51,122 nt of DNA from an uncultured Candidatus Saccharibacteria bacterium (GTDB taxonomy: Bacteria > Patescibacteriota > Saccharimonadia > Saccharimonadales > EFPC-124): NCBI GenBank assembly GCA_964405095.1, contig CAYOML010000007.1, positions 1 to 51,122 on the forward strand, written 5' to 3'. Shown piece after piece: positions 26,729-36,376 of the stretch; position 1 is the stretch's first letter, and each line of letters begins with the position of its first letter. A program made the position numbers and the translations under genes. The notes under the pieces are model-generated. The model was not told the DNA's origin. It did not search any database and worked only from the letters and a program-made list of their open reading frames with translations.

Positions 26729-28645
26729 ATGAACGCACAAGACATCCGCACAGCTTACTTAGATTTCTTTAAGAAACGCGGCCACGTGGTTATTCCACGA
26801 GCTTTATTGGTGCCACAAAACGACCCAACCACACTGTTTACGGGTTCCGGTATGCAACCCATGATCCCATACCTACTTGGCGAAACACACCCGGACGGCG
26901 TGCGCATTACAGATAGCCAACCATGTTTACGCGCTCAGGACATCGACGAAGTTGGCGACAACCGACACACTACGTCTTTTGAAATGCTAGGTAACTGGTC
27001 TTTAGGTGATTACTTTAAAAAAGAACAGATTCCATGGTTTTGGGAGTTTTTAACTGAAGTCATCAAACTTGATCCTAGTAGACTCTATGTATCGTGTTTT
27101 ATCGGTGACTCTAAGAATGGTATACCTAAAGATACTGTCAGCGCTGGCATCTGGAAAGAACTATTTGCGGCTAAGAATATTGAAGCCAAAGAGGCCGACA
27201 TTGACAGCGTAGATGATGGTGCCAAGTGCGGTATGAAACCTGGTGAACGAATTTTCTTTTACGACGACAGCAAAAACTGGTGGTGGCGTGGTAGCCGAAT
27301 TGCTAATATGCCGGCCGGTGAGCCTGGCGGCCCAGACACAGAGGTCTTTTATGAGTTTGATTTTGTAGAGCACAATCCGGAATACGGCGAGCATTGCCAT
27401 GTTAACTGCGACTGTGGCCGATATATGGAAATTGGCAACAGCGTGTTCATGGAATACATCAAAACCGAAAAAGGTTTCGAAAAACTTCCCAAACAGAACG
27501 TCGATTTTGGCGGTGGTTTGGAACGTATTGCCGCCGCGGCTATCGACAGTCCAGACATGTTTAAAATTAGCCTTATCTGGCCAATAATCGAACGGCTCGA
27601 AAAACTAGCCGGCAAAAAATATGATGCCAATACAACTGCCATGCGCGTGATAGCCGACCATATGCGGGCTGCAACTTTCCTGGCTGTTGATGGCGTGGTG
27701 CCCAGCAACAAAGAACAAGGCTACGTGATGCGCCGCTTAGTGCGCCGGGCTATTCGCTTTGCCTTCGATCTTGGCATTGAACAAAATTTAGCCGCCGAAG
27801 TCGTACCGGTAATTGCCGACTTATATCATAACGACCACCCCGAAGTCGCCGAACGCCGCCGGCAAGTTATAGAGGTGCTGATTAAAGAAGAAAAAATCTT
27901 CCGCCAGACGTTGCGTAATGGTCTACGCGAGTTCGAAAAAATTGTACATTTTAAGACAAGCGAACATCACGGTGGCGGAGCGGGAACTGCTGTAACTGGT
28001 GAAGATATCTTTAAGCTTTACGATACCTACGGTTTTCCAGTTGAACTGGTTAAAGAAGAAGCATTTAAGCTTGGTGCCGAACTTGACCCCAAAGCCGATG
28101 AACAATTTGATAAGCTAATGACCGAGCAAAGAACTCGCTCCCAAACCGCCAGCAAAGGTGTCTTTAAAGGTGGCCTAGCCGACCATTCCGAAATTACCAC
28201 TAAATATCACACCGCCAACCACTTGATGTATAAAGCTTTGCGTAAAGTTTTGGGCGACCACGTCATCCAGCGCGGTGCTAACATCACTGAAGAACGTATC
28301 CGCTTTGACTTCAGCCACCCCGACAAGGTGACGCCGGAACAAGTTAAGCAAGTCGAAGACCTGGTTAACGAACAAATCAAAAAAGATCTAAAAGTCTTTT
28401 GGAAAGAATACCCAACCAAAGAAGCGTTTAAATTAGGTGCACTTGGTGCGTTTGGGGATAAATACGGCGACAAAGTCAAGGTGTATCAAATTGGCGAAGG
28501 CGCAGATAAATTTAGCTTCGAAATTTGTGGCGGCCCGCACGTAGAACGCACTGGCACACTAGGTGAAGGTGGCAAAAAGTTCAAGATTACCAAAGAAGAA
28601 GCCAGCTCGGCTGGCGTGCGGCGTGTAAAGGCAGTTTTGCAGTAA
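26729..28645 (+). CDS. alaS: Alanyl-tRNA synthetase, short form (catalytic + tRNA-recognition + editing core; no C-Ala domain)
   Basis: N-terminal AlaRS motifs and editing-site HxxxH/CGGPHV. A TGATATAAT extended -10 ends about 10 nt before the ATG. Confidence 0.85.
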   Translation: MNAQDIRTAYLDFFKKRGHVVIPRALLVPQNDPTTLFTGSGMQPMIPYLLGETHPDGVRITDSQPCLRAQDIDEVGDNRHTTSFEMLGNWSLGDYFKKEQIPWFWEFLTEVIKLDPSRLYVSCFIGDSKNGIPKDTVSAGIWKELFAAKNIEAKEADIDSVDDGAKCGMKPGERIFFYDDSKNWWWRGSRIANMPAGEPGGPDTEVFYEFDFVEHNPEYGEHCHVNCDCGRYMEIGNSVFMEYIKTEKGFEKLPKQNVDFGGGLERIAAAAIDSPDMFKISLIWPIIERLEKLAGKKYDANTTAMRVIADHMRAATFLAVDGVVPSNKEQGYVMRRLVRRAIRFAFDLGIEQNLAAEVVPVIADLYHNDHPEVAERRRQVIEVLIKEEKIFRQTLRNGLREFEKIVHFKTSEHHGGGAGTAVTGEDIFKLYDTYGFPVELVKEEAFKLGAELDPKADEQFDKLMTEQRTRSQTASKGVFKGGLADHSEITTKYHTANHLMYKALRKVLGDHVIQRGANITEERIRFDFSHPDKVTPEQVKQVEDLVNEQIKKDLKVFWKEYPTKEAFKLGALGAFGDKYGDKVKVYQIGEGADKFSFEICGGPHVERTGTLGEGGKKFKITKEEASSAGVRRVKAVLQ

Positions 28646-28704
28646 GTAATTGAGCATGAGCACTCCCGGCCCCGCCTTCCAGCTTATGCTATACTGTTTA
28701 ACAG

Positions 28705-29982
28705 ATGATTCTAGATAAACTCAGGAAGGTACTTCCCGGTAAGGACGGGGGTGCGCAGCATCTCCTGGCACTTGATATCGGGACCGAATTTGTTAAGGCG
28801 CTGGTTGCCGAAGTAGACGGCGAGGAGCTTAAGATTGTTGGTGTTGGCCGGCAACACCAGGCTTTGAGTGATATGCATTCCGGTGCAATTGCCGATATCG
28901 GCGCGGTGGTTCGCAACTGCGAGGCGGCCCTGAGTGACGCCGAACAACAAGCCGGTGTACAAGCCAAAAGAGTTGTGATTGGTATTGCCGGTGAGCTTGT
29001 GAAAGGAGTTACCAACACCATTCGTTACAAACGCCCGCAGCCGGATGTACCGCTAGATTTGCGTGAGATGGAATTTATCATCGAAAAGGTCCAGGAACGG
29101 GCCCACGACAAGGCCCAAAAGCAGATTGCCTGGGAAACCGGCAACCAAGATGTCGAAATTAAGTTGGTCAACAGCGCGATAGTTAGTATTCATATTGATG
29201 GCTACAAAGTCAGCAATCCAATTGGTTTTCAGGGCAAGGATGTGGCCATCCAAATTTACACGGCCTTTGCGCCAATGGTACATATTGGTGCTCTGGAGCG
29301 CACTGCCCAGGAACTGGATCTCGATCTGTTGGCCGTAGCCGCCGAGCCGTTTGCGGTCAGTCGCTCAGTCTTAGGTACCGACGCCAGCAGCACATTCACA
29401 GCTATTTTGGCAGACGTTGGTGGTGGCACAACCGATATTGCCGTGGTTAACGACGGCGGCGTGGAAGGCACTAAAATGTTTGGCATTGGCGGACGCAGCT
29501 TTACGCGGACCATTGCTACCGACTTGGACCTATCTTTCGAAGACGCCGAAAAGTTAAAGCTGAACGTTGATCATGAAAACCTCAAACCCGAAATCAAACA
29601 AAAAGTCGAAGCCGCATTAGATAAAACTCTCGAAGTCTGGCTAAACGGCGTCGAGCTGGCACTAAGCGAATTCGACGCGCTAGATCATCTACCGAACCGT
29701 ATGCTGCTGTGTGGCGGCGGCGCGTCGCTAGCTAAATTAATAAGTGCTCTCGAGAGCGATGATTGGTACAAAGCCCTGCCGTTCACCAAAAAACCAACCG
29801 TCCAACGCATCCAACCCAGCGAGGTAGCTGGCATCACCGATGCCACCGGCCAAGTCAAAGATCACACCTTTATAACCGCCATGGGACTTCTCCGGGTAGG
29901 CTATGATACCATGGTGGGTAGCAGCGGCGACGGGGGCGGCGAGCGCTTGCGAGACACTTTTAATCGCATTTTAAGTACCTAG
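28705..29982 (+). CDS. ftsA: Actin-like ATPase, FtsA-type cell-division protein (PilM not excluded)
   Basis: LLALDIGTEFVKALVAEV... and DVGGGTTDIAVV phosphate-binding loops. Confidence 0.65.
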   Translation: MILDKLRKVLPGKDGGAQHLLALDIGTEFVKALVAEVDGEELKIVGVGRQHQALSDMHSGAIADIGAVVRNCEAALSDAEQQAGVQAKRVVIGIAGELVKGVTNTIRYKRPQPDVPLDLREMEFIIEKVQERAHDKAQKQIAWETGNQDVEIKLVNSAIVSIHIDGYKVSNPIGFQGKDVAIQIYTAFAPMVHIGALERTAQELDLDLLAVAAEPFAVSRSVLGTDASSTFTAILADVGGGTTDIAVVNDGGVEGTKMFGIGGRSFTRTIATDLDLSFEDAEKLKLNVDHENLKPEIKQKVEAALDKTLEVWLNGVELALSEFDALDHLPNRMLLCGGGASLAKLISALESDDWYKALPFTKKPTVQRIQPSEVAGITDATGQVKDHTFITAMGLLRVGYDTMVGSSGDGGGERLRDTFNRILST

Positions 29983-29987
29983 TTAGT

Positions 29988-31673
29988 ATGAATAAAGACG
30001 TTATCTACATTGATCTCGAAGACGACATCACGGCCATCATTGGCAAGGTGAAGTCGGCAGGTAGCAAAATTGTTGCCTTGGTACCACCGAAACGAGTGGG
30101 TGTTTTGCAAAGTGCGGTCAACTTAAAACTGTTGCAAAAAGCTGCACTAGGTGTTGATAAACGAGTTGTACTAATTACTAGCGATCATTCGTTGATGGCT
30201 CTAGCTGCTGGCATTAAACTACCGGTGGCCCGTAACTTGCAGAGTCGGCCGGAAATTCCAGATCTAGCCGCACCCGAAAGCCCGGCCGAAGAGATAATCA
30301 ACGGCCAAGAACTGCCAGTTGGCGAAGTAGCCGCCTCACTTGGTGATAAGAAAGATGCCACGGATCCTATTACAGAAGCGACAATAGACAAAATCAGCCT
30401 TGGCACCACCGCGGTTAAAGAGACTGCCAAAACATCGCCGGCTAAAATGTCGCTAGCCGATAAGTTCAACAAAGGTAAAGACAAACTCAAAGTGCCAAAC
30501 TTTGATATATTTCGTAAACGGTTCTTTATTTTTGGTGGCATAGGTATCTTGGTGATTATTTTTTTGGTATGGGCGATAGCCTTTGCACCGCATGCTACTG
30601 TAACTATCAGTGCCAAGACTAGCAATGTTAATATCGACAGGACTCTGACTCTAAACTCAAACCTAGCCGCCAGTGATATTGCTAAACTGACGCTTAAACC
30701 TAATGTTCAACAACTCAAAAAGTCGGTAGCCACCGAGTTTGATGCCAGTGGCACCAAAGATATTGGTAATAAGGCCAAAGGCACGGTCAAGGTTCGTAAC
30801 TGTGATTATGCAGATGGCGAACTAACTTTACCGGCTGGGACAAAATTTAATGGTGCCAACGGCAAAGTATATTTAAGCACCGCCGCAGCGGCCATTCCTG
30901 GTTATAGCGGTCTGCCTAGCACCTGCACGCTAAGTGGCCCACAGTCTGGTAAAAAAGATGTGGCAGTCGAGGCCCAGGCCATCGGCTCCGAATATAATGT
31001 TGGAGCTCAGTCGTACACTCTGGCAGTTCCGGGTAAAGTAGATGGCGTAGACGCCGAAGGCATAACTGGCGGTACCCACGAAGTCGTAACCGTTGTTTCC
31101 CAGGCCGACGTTGATAAAGCCAAGCAGCAACTAACGTCTCAGAACGAACAAGAGGCCAAGGCCGAACTAAAAAAACAGTTCAAAGCTGATGATTTAGTGA
31201 TAGAGGAAAGTTACATGGTTGAGAACTCCCAACCGGCCAGCAGCCCTAATATCGGCGAGCAGGCGGCTAAAGCCAAACTAACACTCGAAACCACTTATAC
31301 CTATGTCGCGGTATCGCGTGCCGATGTTAAGAAGGTGTTGCAGGCAGCCGTCGACGAGGTTCTAAAAACTAAGCCTAATCAACAAACCTATACCTTGGGC
31401 GAAAACAGCATTACCTTCCAGACCTTCCGCAAACTGGACGCCGGCGGTTTTAGCGCTAAATTAAATACCACAGGTTCGATCGGGCCCAAAATCGATACCG
31501 ATGCATTCGCCAAGCAGTTAGTGGGCAAACGCTACGGCGAAATCCAGGCTATTGCCAACGAAATCCCAGGTGTCGACCACGTCGAAATCACTTTTTCGCC
31601 CTTCTGGGTCACAACCGCGCCCAGCGCCGACAAAATTGATATTAAATTCTCCATCGCGCCTAACAATGAATAA
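29988..31673 (+). CDS. Bitopic membrane protein: ~170 aa cytoplasmic N-domain, one TM helix, ~360 aa extracytoplasmic domain
   Basis: TM segment FFIFGGIGILVIIFLVWAIAFA. Sits between ftsA and ruvX and overlaps ruvX by 8 nt. Confidence 0.5.
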   Translation: MNKDVIYIDLEDDITAIIGKVKSAGSKIVALVPPKRVGVLQSAVNLKLLQKAALGVDKRVVLITSDHSLMALAAGIKLPVARNLQSRPEIPDLAAPESPAEEIINGQELPVGEVAASLGDKKDATDPITEATIDKISLGTTAVKETAKTSPAKMSLADKFNKGKDKLKVPNFDIFRKRFFIFGGIGILVIIFLVWAIAFAPHATVTISAKTSNVNIDRTLTLNSNLAASDIAKLTLKPNVQQLKKSVATEFDASGTKDIGNKAKGTVKVRNCDYADGELTLPAGTKFNGANGKVYLSTAAAAIPGYSGLPSTCTLSGPQSGKKDVAVEAQAIGSEYNVGAQSYTLAVPGKVDGVDAEGITGGTHEVVTVVSQADVDKAKQQLTSQNEQEAKAELKKQFKADDLVIEESYMVENSQPASSPNIGEQAAKAKLTLETTYTYVAVSRADVKKVLQAAVDEVLKTKPNQQTYTLGENSITFQTFRKLDAGGFSAKLNTTGSIGPKIDTDAFAKQLVGKRYGEIQAIANEIPGVDHVEITFSPFWVTTAPSADKIDIKFSIAPNNE

Positions 31674-32073
31674 ATCTAAAGTCTATCTTGGCCTTGATAT
31701 TGGCGGGCAAAGAATTGGCGTGGCCAGTGGTGACTCAGTTGCCCGTCTGGCGAGTACACAGCCAACCATCAATGTCGATGGGCGTGAAGCCGATGAGATC
31801 CGACGTTTGGTGACCGACCTGGGCGTGACCGACCTAGTAGTTGGTCGGCCACGCAACCAATCTGGTGATACGACTGGCCAGACGCAGATCGTCGAGCAGA
31901 TGGCTGCCCAATTACTTGGCCCGCTGTCGCTGCCAATCCACTGGCAGGATGAATCATTGACCTCTGTTATAGCCGAGGAACGTCTGGCGACGCGCAAGAA
32001 GCCATACAGCAAAGCAGACATCGACGCCGAAGCCGCAGCTCTCATTTTGCAGGATTATTTGGAGACATTATGA
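31666..32073 (+). CDS. ruvX: YqgF/RuvX Holliday-junction-resolvase-like nuclease
   Basis: YLGLDIGGQRIGVASGD... and a C-terminal ...EAAALILQDYLE. Confidence 0.8.
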   Translation: MNKSKVYLGLDIGGQRIGVASGDSVARLASTQPTINVDGREADEIRRLVTDLGVTDLVVGRPRNQSGDTTGQTQIVEQMAAQLLGPLSLPIHWQDESLTSVIAEERLATRKKPYSKADIDAEAAALILQDYLETL

Positions 32074-33278
32074 ACGACATTATTGCGCCCCGCCCAAATG
32101 GCAATCGCTTTAACTTACCTCGGCCGTTGCTAGGCAAGGTGGGTATTAAACCAGCCCAAGCTGCCTCGCCAGCACCGATCACACCGCCCGTGCCGAAAGA
32201 GCCAATAGCATTGCCGCCCGTTAAACCAGATGGGGCTAACGCACCCAATGCAGAGCCGCGTAAAAGACGCTCTCTAAAGTGGTTATGGGTTAGTCTACTA
32301 ATATTACTAGTGTTATTGATTGCCGCCGCTGGGGCCGCTTACTGGTGGTATAACGATAATCTTCGCCCTCGTTCGGACAGTAGTGAACACATCAATTTTA
32401 AAGTCGACAGCGGTGCCAGTGTCGACACTGTTGCTAGCTTGCTGGAACAAAAAGGACTTGTCCGTAGTTCGCTCGCCGTAATCATTTATATGAAGTTAAA
32501 CGATGCCACCAATATAAAAAGTGGTGTCTATATGTTCGCTCCCAATCAAACACCCCAGGAAATTGTAGCCTGGTTAATCGATGGCAAAGTTAACACCTTT
32601 AAAATCACAATCATTCCGGGTAATACACTTGCCAAGATCAAGAAGTCATTAATCGCCGCTGGTTACGACAAGGGCGAGATCGATCAAGCGTTCAAGGCGA
32701 CCTACAAGCACCCGCTGTTTACAGATAAACCGCCTGGCACATCACTCGAGGGTTATATTTACCCCGACACCTACTTGGTAACCTCGGATACCACCGTTAA
32801 GCAACTACTTATTCTTAGTTTTGATGAGTTCGAAAAACAGTTGTTAAAGAACAAGATCCGCGAACAATTGGCCTCTATTAACTTTACACTGCATCAGGGT
32901 GTTACTCTGGCCTCGATTATCGAGAAGGAGGTTTCGCACGATCAAGATCGCCGGCAGGTCGCTCAGGTGTTCGAGAAACGCCTACACGACGGTATGATGC
33001 TCGGCTCGGACGTCACTTACATTTACGCTGCCGGTTTGCTTGGTGTTAAGCCCTCTTCTAGTGTAGATTCGCCTTACAACACGCGTAAATATATGGGGTT
33101 GCCGCCTGGCCCAATAGCCAATTTCAGTATGTCGGCGCTCAACGCCGTTATCCGTCCGGCCTCTGGTAGTTACCTATATTTTGTGGCTGGCGACGATGGT
33201 AACACCTATTTTGCCTACACTTTGGCCGAGCACGAAGCTAATATCAACAAATACTGTCATGAACTCTGCTCGCAGTAG
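32070..33278 (+). CDS. mltG: Endolytic murein transglycosylase MltG (YceG-like)
   Basis: N-terminal TM and a YceG core (YPDTYL, SIIEKE, SPYNTRKY.GLPPGPI). Confidence 0.85.
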   Translation: MNDIIAPRPNGNRFNLPRPLLGKVGIKPAQAASPAPITPPVPKEPIALPPVKPDGANAPNAEPRKRRSLKWLWVSLLILLVLLIAAAGAAYWWYNDNLRPRSDSSEHINFKVDSGASVDTVASLLEQKGLVRSSLAVIIYMKLNDATNIKSGVYMFAPNQTPQEIVAWLIDGKVNTFKITIIPGNTLAKIKKSLIAAGYDKGEIDQAFKATYKHPLFTDKPPGTSLEGYIYPDTYLVTSDTTVKQLLILSFDEFEKQLLKNKIREQLASINFTLHQGVTLASIIEKEVSHDQDRRQVAQVFEKRLHDGMMLGSDVTYIYAAGLLGVKPSSSVDSPYNTRKYMGLPPGPIANFSMSALNAVIRPASGSYLYFVAGDDGNTYFAYTLAEHEANINKYCHELCSQ

Positions 33279-33578
33279 TAAATAAGTTGTACACAGTCAT
33301 AAATTGACATAACCGTCAATAGTCGGTAAAATACATACATACACTATATGGAGCGCGGAGTTTAGGCTTAAAGCGGCTGTAAAGTGTTCTTCCTTGTAAT
33401 GTCGTAAGAGATGTCTGAACACGTTATAACTAATATATAAAGGTCGACACATCTCGGTTCCAGTGGTGGGGAAGAAAGACATACTAGGAAGTATTGGTTA
33501 CAGTGGTAACACTGCAATCTGGAGACGTATATTCGCACTAATTCGCTTCAGGGCCATGCCCTGGATAGGCCTGCAAGT

Positions 33579-34667
33579 GTGCTTAAAGCTCAGGCACTTG
33601 CTGATGCAGCCGGCAGAAGCACCGCTCGCGTGCGCTCCAAAGCCAAGCGTCTTAACGCTGCGCTGATTGGTTCGCATGTAGCTGTTGTGGCCGGCATTGT
33701 GGGTGTGATTGCTTTTGGCTATCGCGCCCCGGTTGAGGCTTCACCGAGTCTGGCTTCGCAAAATGTTATTGAACAAGGCGATCTTTCGGTTGACCAAATA
33801 GCTGCTGCCACGGTGGCTGCTAACGTTGCTTCGACTCTTGATTTATCTATTGAAAATAATGTTCAGGATCTAGCCGGTACTTTAAGCGTACAGGCCGAAT
33901 TGGCCCAAACCGACAACACATTCCTATCTAAGCCCCAAATTGTCGAGCTAAACAGTGGTCGTGCTAAGGTAACACCCTATTCTAGCGTTCCGGGCGACAC
34001 CGTCCAGTCGCTGGCCGCCAAGTTTGGTGTTTCAGACGACACTATCCGTTGGGCAAACAATCTGACCAGTGACAACATCATTGCCGGTAAGGCCCTAACG
34101 ATACCTGGTACAACCGGCGTTGTCTATACGGTCAAAGCCGGTGACGACATTGGTTTGTTGGCCGAAAAATACAGTGCCGATAAAGATCGTATCGTAACCT
34201 ACAACGACCTTGAGCTAACTGGCCTGAAGCCAGGTGCGCTGATTGTTATTCCTGATGGCGTTTTACCCGGCAATGAACGCCCTGGTTACCGCCCAGCAAC
34301 ATCGCGCTACAGCCTGACTCGCGTGACAATCTTTGGTGGCAACACTTATGCCTACGGCTACTGTACATGGTATGCCTTTAATCGTCGCGCTGAACTCGGT
34401 CGCCCGGTTGGTAGCAACTGGCACAATGCCAGCACTTGGGACGATTACGCGCGGGCTGCAGGCTTCCGAGTTGACCACTCACCAGAAGCCGGTGCTGTTT
34501 TACAGGACAACTTTGGTTGGAGCAGCTTGGGCCACGTGGGTATTGTTGAACGCGTCAACGCCGACGGTAGTATTTATGTATCCGATATGAACTATGCTGG
34601 CTGGGGCCGCATTTCCTTCCGTACTATTTCTGCCGATCAAGTCACTTCATACAACTACATCCATTAG
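33579..34667 (+). CDS. Secreted LysM-repeat + CHAP-domain peptidoglycan hydrolase (GTG start)
   Basis: LysM-like segments (YTVKAGDDIGLLAEKYSADKDRIVTYN). The C-terminal CHAP domain has the catalytic Cys (YGYCTWYAF) and His (SSLGHVGIVE). Confidence 0.75.
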   Translation: MLKAQALADAAGRSTARVRSKAKRLNAALIGSHVAVVAGIVGVIAFGYRAPVEASPSLASQNVIEQGDLSVDQIAAATVAANVASTLDLSIENNVQDLAGTLSVQAELAQTDNTFLSKPQIVELNSGRAKVTPYSSVPGDTVQSLAAKFGVSDDTIRWANNLTSDNIIAGKALTIPGTTGVVYTVKAGDDIGLLAEKYSADKDRIVTYNDLELTGLKPGALIVIPDGVLPGNERPGYRPATSRYSLTRVTIFGGNTYAYGYCTWYAFNRRAELGRPVGSNWHNASTWDDYARAAGFRVDHSPEAGAVLQDNFGWSSLGHVGIVERVNADGSIYVSDMNYAGWGRISFRTISADQVTSYNYIH

Positions 34668-34698
34668 TCGACCACCCAGATAGGGTATAATAGAAATA

Positions 34699-35979
34699 AT
34701 GTTTGTAGATAAAGTTATTGTGCGCGTCAAAGCTGGCAATGGCGGTGACGGTGCTGTTAGTTTTAGGCACGAAATTTATGTTGATAAAGGCGGCCCCGAT
34801 GGTGGCAACGGTGGCCGTGGTGGCAGCGTCATTTTAGTAGCCGACCCAAACGAGAACACTCTCGTTCATCTTAGATTTAAACCAGAGCTAGCCGCCGAAA
34901 ACGGCACAGCCGGTGCCAAGGCTAAACGCAACGGTAAGGGCGGCGAAGACTTGCTGGTAAAAGTGCCCGTCGGTACCCAAGTCTACGATGGCGAAGAACT
35001 TATCGCCGACCTTATAGAAGTTGGGCAAAAGGCCTTAGTTGGCCGGGGTGGTGATGGCGGTTTTGGTAATGCTCACTTTAAATCCTCGACCCGTCAGGCG
35101 CCAAAAATCGCCGAAGTAGGGGAGAGGGGTGAACAAAAAGAACTGGTGTTCGAACTAAAACTCTTAGCCGACGTTGGTTTAATAGGCTTCCCAAATGCTG
35201 GAAAATCTACGCTCTTATCTGTAGTTAGCAATGCAAAGCCTGAAATTGGAGATTATCCGTTTACCACACTCACACCAAACCTAGGGGTAGCCGATATCGA
35301 CGACAGCAGCCTGTTAATTGCCGATATCCCCGGGCTGATCGAAGGTGCCAGCGAGGGCAAAGGCCTCGGTGATGAATTCTTGCGCCACGTCGAACGCACC
35401 CAAGTATTACTACACCTGATCGATATCTACGAAAAAGACGTCGACAAAGCTTATCAGACAATAACCGGAGAGCTCAGTGCCTACAGCAAGCTGTTAGTTA
35501 AGCGCCCGCAAATTGTGGTGCTTACAAAAATAGATGGCTTGCCCGAAGACGGCATAAAGCAACAACTCGACAAACTAAAGAGCGTAGTGCCCAAAGGCAC
35601 ACCAGTCTTTGCAATTTCTGCGCAAGCTCATATTGGCTTAACAGAAGTATTGCGCGCAGCCCAAGCCATGGTCGTTAAGGCCCGCGCCAAGCTTGCCAAA
35701 GACCCTGCCAGCATCTACACATTACCGGTTATTGGCCTCGACCCCTTAAAGGCGGCACTTTCTTGGAAGGTCGAGAAAAAAGATGGCCAATTTGTCGTTA
35801 CCGGTACTAAAATTGAGAAATTCGCTGCCCGCACTAACTTTAGCGCCGAACCTGGTGTGCGACGTATTAAAGATATCATGAAAAAAATGGGCATTATACA
35901 TGAATTGTTGCGTCAGGGTATCCAAATTGGCGACACGATTGTAATTGGCCGACACGGGGGGCATCACCTAGCTTTTTAG
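34699..35979 (+). CDS. obg: GTPase Obg/CgtA
   Basis: Obg fold with Gly-rich N-domain (GGDGGNGGRGG), G1 GFPNAGKST and G4 TKID. Confidence 0.92.
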   Translation: MFVDKVIVRVKAGNGGDGAVSFRHEIYVDKGGPDGGNGGRGGSVILVADPNENTLVHLRFKPELAAENGTAGAKAKRNGKGGEDLLVKVPVGTQVYDGEELIADLIEVGQKALVGRGGDGGFGNAHFKSSTRQAPKIAEVGERGEQKELVFELKLLADVGLIGFPNAGKSTLLSVVSNAKPEIGDYPFTTLTPNLGVADIDDSSLLIADIPGLIEGASEGKGLGDEFLRHVERTQVLLHLIDIYEKDVDKAYQTITGELSAYSKLLVKRPQIVVLTKIDGLPEDGIKQQLDKLKSVVPKGTPVFAISAQAHIGLTEVLRAAQAMVVKARAKLAKDPASIYTLPVIGLDPLKAALSWKVEKKDGQFVVTGTKIEKFAARTNFSAEPGVRRIKDIMKKMGIIHELLRQGIQIGDTIVIGRHGGHHLAF

Positions 35980-36074
35980 ATTGACAATATTAAGTATAAG
36001 TGGTATCATATGTGGGCGCAACGGTGACTAGCGGCTGACCAGCCGCGGCTGTTGTGGCAGGAGAGGAGCAAGCC

Positions 36075-36251
36075 ATGTCGTCAGGTTACGAAGGCCCGTT
36101 TGCCAAGGATCCGGATCGTCCGACTCTCGAATTGGATCCCTCAAAGATCCGTGAGATGGTGGCGGCGGCTGATGCCGGTGGTACCGTCCCTGTCAGCGAG
36201 TCACCGACCGGGCACTACGACGAACCGGCCGACCCCTGGTCGAGCAACTAA
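36075..36251 (+). CDS. Small acidic hypothetical protein (58 aa) in a high-GC patch
   Basis: A GGAGAGGAG RBS precedes the ATG. A hairpin follows at about 36265-36300. Confidence 0.3.
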   Translation: MSSGYEGPFAKDPDRPTLELDPSKIREMVAAADAGGTVPVSESPTGHYDEPADPWSSN

Positions 36252-36376
36252 TCTTCTCTGATCCGGCGGGCGGGCTCTGCGGGAAACCGCATCCTGCCCG
36301 CTCGGGCTCAACTTCGAATAACCGCCATCAAAGCGGTTTTTTGCATTTTTTACCCAAAGCGATCTACACTGGACGG

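Noticed and set aside
26729-28645. AlaRS of only 638 aa, possibly a truncated pseudogene.
   Set aside because: The catalytic, tRNA-recognition and editing-core motifs are all intact and in one frame. Short AlaRS lacking the C-Ala domain is plausible for reduced genomes.
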